From Candidatus Nanopelagicales bacterium (GTDB lineage Bacteria; Actinomycetota; Actinomycetes; S36-B12; CAIYMF01), in the NCBI GenBank assembly GCA_025456015.1, contig JALOLK010000001.1:22846-86845 (forward strand): a stretch of DNA of 64,000 nucleotides, given 5' to 3'. Both the position numbers and the translations under genes were made by a program. The number at the start of each line of letters is the position of its first letter. Within the stretch, counting starts at the first letter, position 1. The notes under the pieces were generated by a model that ran no database searches, was not told the origin of the DNA, and saw only the letters and a list, made by a program, of their open reading frames with translations. Positions 24,220-36,096 of this stretch are shown one piece after another.

Positions 24220-24251
24220 CGGTGCCCGTCCCCACCCGGGGGCGGGCACCG
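24220..24251. terminator. Probable bidirectional terminator hairpin between convergent genes
   Basis: CGGTGCCCGTCCCC-ACCC-GGGGGCGGGCACCG, 14-bp stem with one G-U pair. Confidence 0.6.
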
Positions 24252-24263
24252 TCGCGTCCGGGG

Positions 24264-27194
24264 TCACCACCCCTCGGAGAAGGCCACGTCCAGGGCCTCG
24301 AGCAGGAAGTCCACCGCGGCGGCATCCAGGCACAGGGGCGGCTTGATCTTCAGCACGTTCATGTGGTCACCGGTGGCGGCCATGACCACCCCGAGCTCGA
24401 GCAGCCGGTCGCACAGCGCCGCGGTCGCCGCGGTGGCGGGCTGCTTCGTCTGGCGGTCGGTGACCAGCTCCAGGCCCAGGTAGAGGCCGCGGCCGTGCAC
24501 GGCCCCGGCCATCGGGTGGCGCTGCACGAGCTGCTCGAGGCCCGCCCGCAGCCGCTGGCCCATCCGAGCCGCGTTGCCCTGCAGGTCCTCGGCCTGCAGG
24601 GCGCGCAGGGTGGCCAGGCCGGCCGCGGCGCCGGCCGGGGTGCCCCCCATCGAGGCGAACAGCGAGCCCTCGACCGCGAACGCCTCGGCGATCTCGCGGC
24701 GGCAGACCACCGCCGACACCGGGTACCCGTTGCCGGTGGCCTTGGCCAGGCACACGATGTCCGGGACCACGTCGTGCATCGCGAAGCCCCAGAAGTGCGA
24801 GCCGAGCCGGCCGTACCCCACCTGCACCTCGTCGGCGATCACGAGGCCACCATCGGCGCGCACGGCCTCGTACACCTGGCGCAGGTAGTCCTCGGGCAGG
24901 TCGATCCCGCCGGCGTTGCCGTTGAGCGTCTCGCAGATGAAGGCCGCCGGTCGGCGCCCCGCGGCGGCCAGCTCGGCCAGGATCCGGCGCACGTCGTCGG
25001 CGTAGCGGGTGGCGGCGTCCGGGCCCGTGAAGGGGCCGCGGTAGCCGTTCGGCGGCTCGGCGAGGTGGATCCACTCCGGCCGGGTCCCCAGCGCGCGGGG
25101 GTTGTCCATGAGTGCGCTGGAGACCTCGTCGGAGGCCGTGGTCCAGCCGTGGTAGGCCGTGCGCAGCGCGATCGTGTCCCGTGCCCGCGTGGCGACGCGG
25201 GCCAGCCGCAGGGCGAGGTCCACGCTCTCCGAGCCGCTGCAGAGCAGGAACACCCGGTCCAGCTCCGGGGGCATGGTGGCCAGCAGCGCCTCGGCGAACG
25301 CCACGTGGGCCCCGTAGTGGAACCGGGAGTTCGTGTTGAGCGTGCGCAGCTGGCGCGCGACGGCGTCGGCGACCGCGGGATGGCTGTGGCCCAGCACGGT
25401 GACGTTGTTGATGCCGTCGAGGTAGACGCGGCCGTCGACGTCCACGAGGTGGTGGCGCCAGCCACGCTCGATGCGGGGCGGGTCGGCCCAGTAGTGCTGC
25501 TGCACCGAGGCCAGGGCGGCCCGGCGCCGGCGCAGCAGCTCGTGGCGATCCTCCGGCGGCTCGGCCGGGGGGATCCCCAGCAGGGGGGCGGGGTCGGGGC
25601 ACAGCTGGCGCCAGAGCTGGGCCAGGGATGGCTGCACGTGGGTGGGCGCGTGCAGGCCGGTGGGCACGACCTGCACGTGGACGTGCTCGGGCAGGGCCTC
25701 GTCCTGCGACGTGGTGACCCGGGCCACGGCCGTGCCGGGGGTCACCCGGCTGCCCTGGCTGCGGGTCGGCCGGGCACCGGCGAGCACGACGTCCCAGCCG
25801 TCGTCACCCACCAGGCGGGTGACCCAGGGGTCGCTGGTGGTCACCAGGCCCGACCAGGGCGCGAGCAGCTCGGTGCCCCGGGGCAGCAGCACGTCGACGC
25901 CGACGTGGTGGGTGGCGGGCTCCACCATGGCGTTCGGGGTGGCCAGGTGCAGGTGGGCCTGGCCGTAGGGGACCAGCGGCGTGGTGCCGCGACCGGCGTC
26001 CTGCGCCGCGGCGACCGTGGCCGACCGGAGCCGGGCCGGCTCGGTCCAGGCGCCCTCGTCGAGCAGGGGCGAGGTCGTCGACAGGTCGAGGGTGACGACC
26101 CGGCCGAGCTCGGGGACGACGACGCTGGCCACCGGCAGGCGCGGGGCCGGGGGCATCGGCAGCCCAGCCGCGCGGTGCATCGCCAGGACCCCGAGCGGTA
26201 GCGGGACCGCCTCGACCAGCTCGAACACCGTGAGGTCGACGACGAGGTTCTCGTGCAGGTAGCGGTTGTCCGGCTCCCGGGTGAGCTGGTGGGCGGTGCT
26301 CACCAGCCCGGCGCAGGCGCGCGCTGCCACCATCGGCCAGGTGGCGTCGACCTCGTCGGGGGTCAGCGGCTGGGTGCTGACGTAGCCGGCCAGCACGTCC
26401 GCGGCGATCCGCAGCGGGGCGCGCCGGTCCTTGGCGAGCAGCGCGCAGATCGTGACCGCCACCTCCGAGGCCCGCCACGTGCGGGTGAGGTCGCCGAAGT
26501 CGATGATCCCCACGGGCTGCGGCCGGGCGTCCGGGCCGGGCTCGGCGACGACGTTGAAGTCGGTGAGGTCGCCGTGCACCACCTGCTCGGGGAGCGGCTC
26601 GACGCCCTGCCACGCCGCGGAGGCCAGGGCCGACAGGGTGGCGACGCGGGCGCGCAGGCCCGGGTCCAGCGCCGGCAGCAGCGCCGCGACGATCTCGGGG
26701 GAGCGCCGCACGTCCCACTGGGTCGGCTCGTGGGCGCCGGGGTGCTCGAACCCGGCCAGGGCCGCGGTGACCCGTCCGGCCAGGGCGCCGAACGCCCGCG
26801 CGGTGGCGGGTGCGAGGTAGCCGACGCCCGTCATCGGGGTGCCCGCGACCCAGGTGAGCAGGCGCACGCTGTGCCCGACCCCGTCGAGCTGGACCTCCTC
26901 GCGCAGCGCACCGCTGCGGCTGGGAACCGGCTGGGGCACGCGCAGGGGCAGCCCGGCCAGCGCGCGCATGGCCGCGTTCTGCGCGTCCAGCGCCGCCGGG
27001 ACCGCGGCGCTGTTCGCCACCTTGAGCACGTGCCGCCGGGACGGGCCGCCCGGCGCCGCGGACGTGAGCAGCACGTTGCGGTCCTGGTGGCTGCCGAGGT
27101 CGCGCGCCTCGATGTCGACCAGGCCCCAGCGCTCGCTGGCGATCCTGCGCGCCTCGTCGAGGTCCAGGGTCGGGGCGTGGGCGGCGACGGTCAC
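24264..27194 (-). CDS. Fusion protein: APH-like kinase + degenerate M23-like domain + class III PLP aminotransferase/phospho-lyase
   Basis: QDRN, VLKV, HGDLTDFN, IIDFGD (kinase); HHVGVD..PEHVHVQ (M23-like); YLDGINN..LGHSHP, IADEVQVGYGRLG, PDIVCLAKATGNG (class III). Confidence 0.9.
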   Translation of the reverse strand: MTVAAHAPTLDLDEARRIASERWGLVDIEARDLGSHQDRNVLLTSAAPGGPSRRHVLKVANSAAVPAALDAQNAAMRALAGLPLRVPQPVPSRSGALREEVQLDGVGHSVRLLTWVAGTPMTGVGYLAPATARAFGALAGRVTAALAGFEHPGAHEPTQWDVRRSPEIVAALLPALDPGLRARVATLSALASAAWQGVEPLPEQVVHGDLTDFNVVAEPGPDARPQPVGIIDFGDLTRTWRASEVAVTICALLAKDRRAPLRIAADVLAGYVSTQPLTPDEVDATWPMVAARACAGLVSTAHQLTREPDNRYLHENLVVDLTVFELVEAVPLPLGVLAMHRAAGLPMPPAPRLPVASVVVPELGRVVTLDLSTTSPLLDEGAWTEPARLRSATVAAAQDAGRGTTPLVPYGQAHLHLATPNAMVEPATHHVGVDVLLPRGTELLAPWSGLVTTSDPWVTRLVGDDGWDVVLAGARPTRSQGSRVTPGTAVARVTTSQDEALPEHVHVQVVPTGLHAPTHVQPSLAQLWRQLCPDPAPLLGIPPAEPPEDRHELLRRRRAALASVQQHYWADPPRIERGWRHHLVDVDGRVYLDGINNVTVLGHSHPAVADAVARQLRTLNTNSRFHYGAHVAFAEALLATMPPELDRVFLLCSGSESVDLALRLARVATRARDTIALRTAYHGWTTASDEVSSALMDNPRALGTRPEWIHLAEPPNGYRGPFTGPDAATRYADDVRRILAELAAAGRRPAAFICETLNGNAGGIDLPEDYLRQVYEAVRADGGLVIADEVQVGYGRLGSHFWGFAMHDVVPDIVCLAKATGNGYPVSAVVCRREIAEAFAVEGSLFASMGGTPAGAAAGLATLRALQAEDLQGNAARMGQRLRAGLEQLVQRHPMAGAVHGRGLYLGLELVTDRQTKQPATAATAALCDRLLELGVVMAATGDHMNVLKIKPPLCLDAAAVDFLLEALDVAFSEGW

Positions 27195-27270
27195 CGCGGC
27201 AGCCTAGTGACCACCCGGGGGGACCTCGGGCCCTGTCGACGCTGCGGTCACCGGACCTAGCCTGCGTCGT

Positions 27271-28602
27271 ATGGAGCCCGGTGGACGGGACCGGTTCGTC
27301 GACCTGCTGCGGGGTGGCAGCATCGTGGCGGTCGTCGTCGGCCACTGGCTCGTCGCCGACGTGCGGTGGGCCGAGGGATCCCTGACGGACACCAGCACGC
27401 TGGCCCGGGTGCCCGGCATGTGGCCGGTCACCTGGCTGTTCCTCGTGATCCCCATCTTCTTCTTCGTGGGCGGCTACGCGAACCGGCGCAGCTGGGAGGG
27501 GACCCGTCGGCGCGGCGAGGGCTACGCCAGCTACGTGGACCGACGCGTCCACCGCATGCTCGCGCCCACGGCCCTGTACCTGCTCGCCGTCTGTGCCGCC
27601 GGCGCGCTCGTGACGGCCCTCGGCGGGCTCGGGCTGGGGGCGATGGGCGGGCTGTTCCTGCAGCCGCTGTGGTTCCTGGGCGCCTACCTGTGGGTCGTGG
27701 CCCTGGCGCCGGTCATGCTGGCCGCGCACGCGCGCTGGGGCTGGCGGGTGCTCGCGGTGCTCGGCCTGCTCATCGTGGTCGGCGACGTCGGACGGTTCGG
27801 GCTGGGGCTCTCCGCGCTCGGCTACGCCAACGTGCTGTGGGTCTGGCTGCTCATGCACCAGCTCGGCTTCTGGTACGCCGAGGAGCGGCTCACGCCCCCG
27901 ATCGCGGCCTGGATGGCCGGCCTCGGCCTGGTCCTCACCGGTGCGCTGGTGCTGCTCGAGGACTACCCGGGGACGATGGTGGCGGTGCCCGGCATCTCCG
28001 TGGGCAACATGCACCCCCCGACCCTGGCCGTCACGACGCTGGGGCTGGCCCAGATCGGCTGCTGCCTGCTGCTGCGCCCGGCCCTGGTGGGGTGGCTGCA
28101 ACGGCCGCGGGTGTGGCACGCCGTCGTCGCGGTCAACCTCACGATCATCTCGACCTACGTCTGGCACCAGGCGGCGCTGACCGCGGCCGCCCGGCTCACG
28201 CTGCCGCTCGGGTGGCCCGAGCCGACGGCGGGCACCCTGGCCTGGTGGGCCGCCCACCTCGCCTGGCTCGTGGTGCCCGGCGTGCTCCTGCTGGGGATCG
28301 TGGCGGTCGTGGGGCGCGCCGAGCAGGTGCGCCCACCGCGGCTGACCCGTCCCGGTCCGGCGACGGCGGCCGCGGCTGCGGGGGCCGTGGTGCTGATCGG
28401 GATCGGCTTCATCGACCTCGCCGGGTCGACGGCACTGGCCCTGCTCGAGCCCGGGGAGCGGCTGGGGCCGTTCACGGCGAGCACGGCCCTGGGGCTGGTG
28501 CTCCTGACACTCGGCGCGGGCGTCCTGGCCGTGCTGCGCCGTGTGGCACCCGCCGGCGCAGCGGCCGCTCCCGGGAGGCGGGCGCTCAGCCGGCCCGGGT
28601 GA
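27271..28602 (+). CDS. Acyltransferase_3 family membrane protein
   Basis: [37 protein letters not shown], many TM helices. Confidence 0.85.
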   Translation: MEPGGRDRFVDLLRGGSIVAVVVGHWLVADVRWAEGSLTDTSTLARVPGMWPVTWLFLVIPIFFFVGGYANRRSWEGTRRRGEGYASYVDRRVHRMLAPTALYLLAVCAAGALVTALGGLGLGAMGGLFLQPLWFLGAYLWVVALAPVMLAAHARWGWRVLAVLGLLIVVGDVGRFGLGLSALGYANVLWVWLLMHQLGFWYAEERLTPPIAAWMAGLGLVLTGALVLLEDYPGTMVAVPGISVGNMHPPTLAVTTLGLAQIGCCLLLRPALVGWLQRPRVWHAVVAVNLTIISTYVWHQAALTAAARLTLPLGWPEPTAGTLAWWAAHLAWLVVPGVLLLGIVAVVGRAEQVRPPRLTRPGPATAAAAAGAVVLIGIGFIDLAGSTALALLEPGERLGPFTASTALGLVLLTLGAGVLAVLRRVAPAGAAAAPGRRALSRPG

Positions 28603-29758
28603 GGACGAGCAGCGTGCCGTCGTCGGTCGTCGCGGCGAGCGTGCCGTCGGCGCGCACCTCGAGGTCGCGGATCCGGTGGCCCACGGGCAGCCGCTCGCGC
28701 TCGAGCACCCGGCCGCTGCGGGCCACGCGCAGCCGCCAGAACGCCTCGTCCTTGAGGGTGCCCATGAGCAGGTCGCCGCCCACCCCGGTCTGCCAGCCGG
28801 CCCAGCTCCCCGGGACCTGCACGAGCTCGGAGGTGGCGACGCTGGGCACCCAGGAGGTGCGCGGCTTGGTGTAGCCCGCGTGCGTGCCCGTCCGGCGCGG
28901 CATCACGTAGTCGCTGGTGCCGTAGGGCTGGCCGAGGGTGACGAACGGCCAGCCGTAGTCGCGGCCGCGACGGATCAGGTTGAGCTCGTCGCCGCCGGCT
29001 GGGCCGTGCTCGGTCTCCCAGAGCCGCCCGAGCCGGTCCAGGGCCAGGCCCTGGCCGTTGCGATGGCCCTGGCTGATGCGCACCGCCCGCACGCCCTCGC
29101 CGATCCGCAGCACCGAGCCGAGCTGGCCGCGGGCCGAGCGCCGGTCGATGCGGGGATAGCCGAGGTCGCCCAGGGTCACGTAGGCGCGGTTGGCGCTGAT
29201 GCGCACGAGTCGGCCCGAGGCGTGCTGGATGGCGTTGGGCTGGATGCACGGCTTCGAGCGGAAGACGCTGCGCTGGGCCAGGACGCGCATGGGCTCCTCC
29301 CGGCTCACGTCGACCCGGTCCACGGCCAGGCGCACGCATCCGCGGGAGGCCACGAGCTCGGGGTACGAGACGAACAGTCGATGGCGCGCGGCGGTGCTCG
29401 ACATCACCTCGATGTCGGTCGGGGCGAACCGGGCGTCGTCGCGGCGCTGGTCGGCGCGGATGATGCTGCCGACCTCGCGGACGGTCCCGGTGCTGGGGTC
29501 CACCACGAGCAGGCGGCGGCCGTCCGGCCCACCGCCGAGCAGGACCCGGCCGTCCGCCAGCGCGGCGGCGACCGGCCCCCGCGAGCCCCCGCCCGAGGCG
29601 CGGACCACCGCCTGGTCGATCGGCACCCGCGCCACCGCGACCGGGCCGACGTCGCTGGACAGCACCATCGCGCGGTCGTCGGCGGGCAGGTTCACGGCGG
29701 CCACGGCGACCGCGGTTCCGGTCAGCAGGGCCAGGGCCAGCGGCAGGGCACGCACCAT
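28586..29758 (-). CDS. Secreted PQQ-dependent glucose/sorbosone dehydrogenase family beta-propeller
   Basis: Signal peptide; [42 protein letters not shown]; only the 3' part of track ORF 28586..35137 is real. Confidence 0.85.
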   Translation of the reverse strand: MVRALPLALALLTGTAVAVAAVNLPADDRAMVLSSDVGPVAVARVPIDQAVVRASGGGSRGPVAAALADGRVLLGGGPDGRRLLVVDPSTGTVREVGSIIRADQRRDDARFAPTDIEVMSSTAARHRLFVSYPELVASRGCVRLAVDRVDVSREEPMRVLAQRSVFRSKPCIQPNAIQHASGRLVRISANRAYVTLGDLGYPRIDRRSARGQLGSVLRIGEGVRAVRISQGHRNGQGLALDRLGRLWETEHGPAGGDELNLIRRGRDYGWPFVTLGQPYGTSDYVMPRRTGTHAGYTKPRTSWVPSVATSELVQVPGSWAGWQTGVGGDLLMGTLKDEAFWRLRVARSGRVLERERLPVGHRIRDLEVRADGTLAATTDDGTLLVLTRAG

Positions 29759-29838
29759 GGCGCAGAGCGTACGGGCGGCGTCCGACGCCGCCCACCCCGC
29801 ACGCGCCGGCGCACCCCGCCCACCCCGCCCACCCCCAA

Positions 29839-29894
29839 CCGTGATCCATTCAGGTTGTGGTCCCAAGTGGCACCACAACCTGAATGGATCACGG
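29839..29894. repeat. REP-like palindrome: 23-bp perfect inverted repeat, 10-nt loop
   Basis: CCGTGATCCATTCAGGTTGTGGT-CCCAAGTGGC-ACCACAACCTGAATGGATCACGG. Confidence 0.9.
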
Positions 29895-30103
29895 GAGTGG
29901 GCGGCGGGGTCCGATGCCGCCCCCCAGGCGCCTCCGGCGCCGGGTTCGCGGGAGGCGCGGGGGTCGGTATGCTGTGGCACCGGCGGGCCAACGTCGTCCC
30001 GCCGACCACGTCCGTACCAGTCGCGTCCGCCGCGGCCGGGGCGGGGTCGGCCACGGCGTGCGCATGGTCCTCCCCACCCGGTTGGGGTGGCGAGGAGCCC
30101 CAG

Positions 30104-33100
30104 ATGACGCTGTTCTCCGCCGTTCCCGAGGCCACCGGGCTCTACGACCCGGCCTTCGAGCGCGATGCCTGCGGCGTGGCCTTCGTGGCCACGATGACCG
30201 GGGTCGCCAGCAACGACATCGTGGTCAAGGCCATCACGGCGCTGCGCAACCTCGACCACCGCGGTGCCTCGGGTGCCGAGCCGGACAGCGGCGACGGCGC
30301 CGGCATCCTCATCCAGGTCCCCGACGCGTTCCTGCGCGCCGTGGTCGACTTCGACCTGCCCGGGGCGGGCAGCTACGCCGTCGGCATCGCGTTCCTGCCC
30401 AACGACACCGCCGGCGAGCGCCACGCGATCGCCGCCATCGAGCGCATCGCCGACGAGGAGGAGCTCGTCGTGCTGGGCTGGCGCGACGTGCCGGTGGACC
30501 GCGACCTCGTGGGGGTCACGGCGGCGGGCACCATGCCCCGGTTCCGCCAGCTGTTCGTGGCCGCCAAGCACCGCGTCCCCGACCAGATGGCCCTCGAGCG
30601 CATGGCCTTCTGCCTGCGCCGGCGGGCCGAGCGTGAGGCCGAGGTGTACTTCCCGAGCCTGTCCAGCCGCACCCTGGTCTACAAGGGCATGCTCACCACC
30701 GGCCAGCTCGAGCCGTTCTTCGCGGACCTGTCCGACCCGCGGGTGGCCAGCGCCCTGGCCCTGGTGCACTCCCGGTTCTCCACGAACACGTTCCCGAGCT
30801 GGAGCCTGGCCCACCCCTACCGGATCATCGCCCACAACGGCGAGATCAACACCGTGCGCGGCAACCGCAACTGGATGCAGGCACGCGAGGCGCAGCTGAA
30901 CTCCGAGCTCATCCCGGGCGACATCCGGCGCATCTTCCCGATCTGCACGGAGGGGGCCAGCGACTCCGCCAGCTTCGACGAGGTTGTCGAGCTGCTGCAC
31001 ATGGGCGGGCGCAGCCTGCCGCACGCGGTGCTCATGATGATCCCCGAGGCGTGGGAGAACCACGACGAGATGGACCCCGCGCGCCGCGCCTTCTACCAGT
31101 TCCACGCCAGCCTCATGGAGCCCTGGGACGGCCCGGCGAACGTCAGCTTCACCGACGGCACCGTGATCGGCGCGGTCCTGGACCGCAACGGGCTGCGCCC
31201 CGGGCGGTTCTGGGTCACCGACGACGGCCTGGTGGTGCTGGGCTCCGAGGCCGGGGTGCTCGACATCGACCCCGCCCGCGTCGTGCGCAAGGGCCGCCTG
31301 CAGCCGGGCCGGATGTTCCTGGTCGACACCGCCGCCGGGCGGATCATCGAGGACGACGAGATCAAGGCCGAGCTCGCCGCCGCGCACCCGTACGCGGACT
31401 GGCTGCGCGCCGGGATCGTGCACCTCGACGAGCTGCCCGAGCGCGAGCACGTCGTGCACACCGCCAAGTCGGTGGCCCGCCGCCAGCAGACCTTCGGCTA
31501 CACCGAGGAGGAGCTGCGGATCCTGCTCACGCCCATGGCGCGCAGCGGCCTGGAGGCGCTGGGCTCGATGGGCACCGACACCCCGATCGCGGTGCTCTCC
31601 GAACGGCCCCGGCTGCTGTTCGACTACTTCACCCAGCTCTTCGCCCAGGTCACCAACCCGCCGCTGGACGCCATCCGCGAGGAGATCGTCACCTCGCTGG
31701 CCAGCCAGATCGGCCCGGAGGGCAACCTGCTCGAGGCCACTCCGGGCCACGTCCGCCAGGTGCTGCTGCCCTTCCCCGTCATCGACAACGACGAGCTGGC
31801 GAAGCTGGGCCAGATCAACGCCGACGGCGACGCCCCGGGATTCTCCGGGGTGAAGATCAGCGGCCTGTACCGGGTGGCCGACGGCGGGCCGGGCCTGCGC
31901 AAGCGCCTCGGCGAGATCTGCGCCGAGGTGGACCGGCACATCGCCGGCGGCAAGAAGTTCCTCGTGCTCTCGGACCGCGACTCCGACGCCGACCGCGCGC
32001 CGATCCCGTCGCTGCTGCTGTGCTCGGCGGTGCACCACCACCTCGTGCGGCGCAAGGCGCGCACCCAGGTGGGCCTCATCGTCGAGGCCGGTGACGTGCG
32101 CGAGGTGCACCACGTCGCGCTGCTCATCGGCTACGGCGCCGCCGCGGTCAACCCCTACCTGGCCATGGAGAGCGTCGAGGACCTCGTGCGCCGGGGCGTC
32201 ATCACCGGGATCACGCCTGAGAAGGCGGTGCGCAACCTGGTGAAGGCGCTGGGCAAGGGCGTGCTCAAGGTCATGAGCAAGATGGGCGTCTCGACGGTGG
32301 CCTCCTACCGGGGGGCGCAGATCTTCGAGGCGATCGGCCTGAGCCACTCGCTCATCGACCAGTACTTCACGGGCACGACCTCCCGGCTGGGCGGCGTGGG
32401 CCTGAGCACCATCGCCGAGGAGGTGGCCCGCCGCCACGCCCTGGCCTACCCGGCCAACGGGATCCCGCCGGCCCACCGCACCCTGCCGGTCGGGGGGGAG
32501 TACCAGTGGCGCCGCGAGGGCGAGCCGCACCTGTTCGACCCCGACACCGTCTTCCGCCTGCAGCACGCCACCCGCACCGGCCGCATGGACGTCTTCCGCG
32601 AGTACACGCAGCGGGTCGACGACCAGGCCGAGCGGCTCATGACGCTGCGCGGGCTGTTCCGCTTCAAGGAGGGCGTGCGCGAGCCGGTGCCCCTCGACGA
32701 GGTGGAGCCGGTCAGCGCCATCGTCAGGCGGTTCTCCACCGGCGCGATGAGCTACGGCTCGATCAGCCAGGAGGCCCACGAGACCCTGGCGATCGCGATG
32801 AACCGGCTGGGTGCCAAGTCGAACACCGGCGAGGGCGGCGAGGACCCGGAGCGGTACCTGCCGCTGCCGAACGGGGACTCGAAGCGATCGGCGATCAAGC
32901 AGGTGGCCTCCGGCCGGTTCGGCGTCACCAGCGAGTACCTGGTGAACGCCGACGACATCCAGATCAAGATGGCCCAGGGCGCCAAGCCCGGCGAGGGCGG
33001 CCAGCTGCCGGGCCACAAGGTGTACCCCTGGGTGGCCAGGACCCGGCACTCGACGCCGGGCGTGGGCCTCATCAGCCCGCCGCCGCACCACGACATCTAC

Positions 33101-34642
33101 TCGATCGAGGACCTCGCCCAGCTCATCCACGACCTGAAGAACGCCAACGACGCCGCACGGATCCACGTCAAGCTCGTGGCCGAGATGGGCGTGGGCACGG
33201 TCGCCGCGGGCGTGGCCAAGGCGCACGCCGACGTGATCCTCATCTCGGGCCACGACGGCGGCACCGGCGCCTCGCCGCTGACCTCGCTCAAGCACGCCGG
33301 GGCCCCCTGGGAGCTCGGCCTGGCCGAGACCCAGCAGACCCTGCTGCTCAACCGGCTGCGCGACCGCGTGGTGCTGCAGACCGACGGCCAGCTCAAGACC
33401 GGCCGCGACGTGGTCGTGGCCGCCCTGCTCGGCGCCGAGGAGTACGGCTTCGCCACGGCCCCGCTGGTGGTCATGGGCTGCGTGATGATGCGGGTCTGCC
33501 ACCTCGACACCTGCCCGGTCGGCGTGGCCACCCAGAACCCGCAGCTGCGGGCCCGGTTCACCGGGCAGGCCGACCACGTCGTGAGCTTCTTCGAGTTCAT
33601 CGCCGAGGAGGTGCGCGAGCACCTGGCCGCGCTGGGCTTCCGCACGCTGGAGGAGGCGATCGGCCACGTCGAGGTGCTCGACACCCGGGCCGCGGTGCAC
33701 CACTGGAAGGCCTCCGGCCTGGACCTGAGCCCGGTGCTCACACCGATCCCGGTCGCCGAGGGCGAGGCGCTGCACCACACCACCGCCCAGGACCACGGCC
33801 TGGCCCGTGCCCTGGACCGCCAGCTCATCGACCTGTGCCGCCCGGCCCTCGAGACCGGTGATCCGGTGCGGGCCCAGCTGCCGATCCGCAACGTCAACCG
33901 CACCGTCGGCACGATGCTCGGCGCGGAGGTGACCCGCCGGCACGGCGGCGCGGGCCTGCCTGACGGCACGATCGACCTGACCTTCACGGGCTCGGCCGGC
34001 CAGTCGTTCGGGGCCTTCCTGCCGGCCGGGGTCACGCTGCGCCTCGAGGGCGACGCGAACGACTACGTCGCCAAGGGCCTGTCCGGGGGCCGCGTGGTGG
34101 TCCGGCCGGACCGCACCGCGCCGTTCGCCGCCGAGGAGCAGATCATCGCGGGCAACGTGATCGGCTACGGGGCCACCTCGGGCGAGGTGTTCCTGCGCGG
34201 CCGGGTCGGCGAGCGCTTCGCGGTGCGCAACTCCGGGGCGACCCTGGTCGTCGAGGGCGTGGGCGACCACGGGTGCGAGTACATGACCGGCGGCCGGGTG
34301 GTGGTCCTCGGGCAGACCGGGCGCAACTTCGCGGCCGGCATGTCCGGTGGCATCGCCTACGTGCTCGACCTGGCCCCGCAGCGGGTGAACCTCGACATGG
34401 TGGCCCTCGAGCCCCTGGGTCCCGACGACCAGGACTTCCTCACCGCGGTGCTGCGCCGGCACGCCGAGGAGACCGGCTCGACGCTGGCCGAGGCGCTGCT
34501 GGCCGAGGGCACGGGGGCGCTGGCCCGCTTCAGCAAGATCATGCCGACCGACTACCGACGCATCCTGGACCTGCAGGACAAGGCACGCGCCGAGGGCCGC
34601 GACCCGATCGAGGCCGTGCTGGAGGAGATGACCCGTGGCTGA
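30104..34642 (+). CDS. gltB: Glutamate synthase large subunit
   Basis: [76 protein letters not shown]. Confidence 0.98.
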   Translation: MTLFSAVPEATGLYDPAFERDACGVAFVATMTGVASNDIVVKAITALRNLDHRGASGAEPDSGDGAGILIQVPDAFLRAVVDFDLPGAGSYAVGIAFLPNDTAGERHAIAAIERIADEEELVVLGWRDVPVDRDLVGVTAAGTMPRFRQLFVAAKHRVPDQMALERMAFCLRRRAEREAEVYFPSLSSRTLVYKGMLTTGQLEPFFADLSDPRVASALALVHSRFSTNTFPSWSLAHPYRIIAHNGEINTVRGNRNWMQAREAQLNSELIPGDIRRIFPICTEGASDSASFDEVVELLHMGGRSLPHAVLMMIPEAWENHDEMDPARRAFYQFHASLMEPWDGPANVSFTDGTVIGAVLDRNGLRPGRFWVTDDGLVVLGSEAGVLDIDPARVVRKGRLQPGRMFLVDTAAGRIIEDDEIKAELAAAHPYADWLRAGIVHLDELPEREHVVHTAKSVARRQQTFGYTEEELRILLTPMARSGLEALGSMGTDTPIAVLSERPRLLFDYFTQLFAQVTNPPLDAIREEIVTSLASQIGPEGNLLEATPGHVRQVLLPFPVIDNDELAKLGQINADGDAPGFSGVKISGLYRVADGGPGLRKRLGEICAEVDRHIAGGKKFLVLSDRDSDADRAPIPSLLLCSAVHHHLVRRKARTQVGLIVEAGDVREVHHVALLIGYGAAAVNPYLAMESVEDLVRRGVITGITPEKAVRNLVKALGKGVLKVMSKMGVSTVASYRGAQIFEAIGLSHSLIDQYFTGTTSRLGGVGLSTIAEEVARRHALAYPANGIPPAHRTLPVGGEYQWRREGEPHLFDPDTVFRLQHATRTGRMDVFREYTQRVDDQAERLMTLRGLFRFKEGVREPVPLDEVEPVSAIVRRFSTGAMSYGSISQEAHETLAIAMNRLGAKSNTGEGGEDPERYLPLPNGDSKRSAIKQVASGRFGVTSEYLVNADDIQIKMAQGAKPGEGGQLPGHKVYPWVARTRHSTPGVGLISPPPHHDIYSIEDLAQLIHDLKNANDAARIHVKLVAEMGVGTVAAGVAKAHADVILISGHDGGTGASPLTSLKHAGAPWELGLAETQQTLLLNRLRDRVVLQTDGQLKTGRDVVVAALLGAEEYGFATAPLVVMGCVMMRVCHLDTCPVGVATQNPQLRARFTGQADHVVSFFEFIAEEVREHLAALGFRTLEEAIGHVEVLDTRAAVHHWKASGLDLSPVLTPIPVAEGEALHHTTAQDHGLARALDRQLIDLCRPALETGDPVRAQLPIRNVNRTVGTMLGAEVTRRHGGAGLPDGTIDLTFTGSAGQSFGAFLPAGVTLRLEGDANDYVAKGLSGGRVVVRPDRTAPFAAEEQIIAGNVIGYGATSGEVFLRGRVGERFAVRNSGATLVVEGVGDHGCEYMTGGRVVVLGQTGRNFAAGMSGGIAYVLDLAPQRVNLDMVALEPLGPDDQDFLTAVLRRHAEETGSTLAEALLAEGTGALARFSKIMPTDYRRILDLQDKARAEGRDPIEAVLEEMTRG

Positions 34643-36089
34643 CCCGAAGGGCTTCCTGAAGCACCCCCGCGAGCTGCCGGCCCGGCGGCCGGTCGACGTG
34701 CGCATCCAGGACTGGCGGGAGGTGTACGAGCCGTTCCCGGCCGAGCACCTGCAGCGCCAGGCCGGCCGGTGCATGGACTGCGGCATCCCGTTCTGCCACC
34801 AGGGCTGCCCGCTGGGCAACCTCATCCCGGAGTGGAACGACCTGGTGTGGCGCGACGACTGGCGCGAGGCCAGCGAGCGGCTGCACGCGACGAACAACTT
34901 CCCGGAGTTCACCGGCCGGCTCTGCCCGGCGCCCTGCGAGACCGCGTGCGTGCTCGGCATCAACGCCGACGCCGTCACGATCAAGCAGGTCGAGGTCTCG
35001 ATCATCGACCGGGCCTGGGAGGCCGGCTGGGTGGTCCCGCAGGCTCCCGAGCGGCTGTCCGGCAAGCGTGTCGCGGTGATCGGCTCGGGCCCCGCGGGGC
35101 TCGCCGTCGCCCAGCAGCTGGCCCGGGTCGGGCACACCGTGTCGGTCTACGAGCGGGCCGAGCGCATCGGCGGCCTGCTGCGGTACGGCATCCCCGAGTT
35201 CAAGATGGAGAAGCACCACGTCGACCGGCGGCTGGCCCAGCTCGAGGCCGAGGGCGTGAAGTTCCGCACCGGCGTCGAGGTGGGGGTGGACCTCACGGTC
35301 GCCGAGCTGCGCCGGCGCCACGACGTGATCGTGCTGGCCATCGGCGCCACCCAGTGGCGCGACCTGCCCGTCCCGGGCCGCGACCTCGCCGGCGTGCACC
35401 AGGCCATGGAGTACCTGCCGCTGTCGAACCGTGTCTGCGAGGGGACGGCGAGCAGCACGCCGATCGATGCGGCGGGCAAGCACGTGGTCATCATCGGCGG
35501 CGGCGACACCGGTGCCGACTGCCTGGGCACCGCGCACCGGCAGGGTGCGGCGTCGGTGACCCAGCTGGAGATCCTGCCCACCCCACCGGCGACCCGGCCC
35601 GGCAGCGCTCCGTGGCCGACCTACCCGATGGTGTACCGCGTCTCGTCGGCCCACGAGGAGGGCGGCGAGCGCCTCTTCTCGGTGAGCACCCGGGCCTTCC
35701 TGGGCGACGACCACGGCCAGCTGCGTGCCCTGCAGCTGGTCGAGGTCGTCATGCGCGACGGCCGGTTCGAGGAGGTGCCCGGCAGCGAGCGGGAGATCCC
35801 CGCCGACCTCGTGTTCCTCGCGATGGGGTTCACCGGCCCCGAGCGCAGCCCGCTGCTCGAGCAGCTCGGCGTGGAGCTCGACGAGCGGGGCAACGTGCGC
35901 CGGGACGGCCAGTACGCGACGAGCGTGCCCGGCGTGTTCGTGGCCGGCGACGCGGGCCGTGGGCAGTCGCTCATCGTCTGGGCGATCGCCGAGGGGCGGG
36001 CGGCGGCGGCGGCCGTCGATGCCCATCTCATGGGCTCCACCGCGCTGCCGGTGCCGATCCCACCGACCGCACGGCCCCTCATGGTCTGA
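34635..36089 (+). CDS. gltD: Glutamate synthase small subunit
   Basis: [56 protein letters not shown]. Confidence 0.98.
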   Translation: MADPKGFLKHPRELPARRPVDVRIQDWREVYEPFPAEHLQRQAGRCMDCGIPFCHQGCPLGNLIPEWNDLVWRDDWREASERLHATNNFPEFTGRLCPAPCETACVLGINADAVTIKQVEVSIIDRAWEAGWVVPQAPERLSGKRVAVIGSGPAGLAVAQQLARVGHTVSVYERAERIGGLLRYGIPEFKMEKHHVDRRLAQLEAEGVKFRTGVEVGVDLTVAELRRRHDVIVLAIGATQWRDLPVPGRDLAGVHQAMEYLPLSNRVCEGTASSTPIDAAGKHVVIIGGGDTGADCLGTAHRQGAASVTQLEILPTPPATRPGSAPWPTYPMVYRVSSAHEEGGERLFSVSTRAFLGDDHGQLRALQLVEVVMRDGRFEEVPGSEREIPADLVFLAMGFTGPERSPLLEQLGVELDERGNVRRDGQYATSVPGVFVAGDAGRGQSLIVWAIAEGRAAAAAVDAHLMGSTALPVPIPPTARPLMV

Positions 36090-36096
36090 GGTGGCG

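Noticed and set aside
28541..30103. Apparent 521-aa N-terminal extension of GltB (2033-aa ORF)
   Set aside because: Stop-free shadow frame; the SD and the conserved N-terminus put the start at 30104
29759..35137. 2183-aa minus-strand ORF
   Set aside because: Mostly the antisense shadow of gltB/gltD in high-GC DNA; only 28586-29758 has protein motifs, a signal peptide and a promoter
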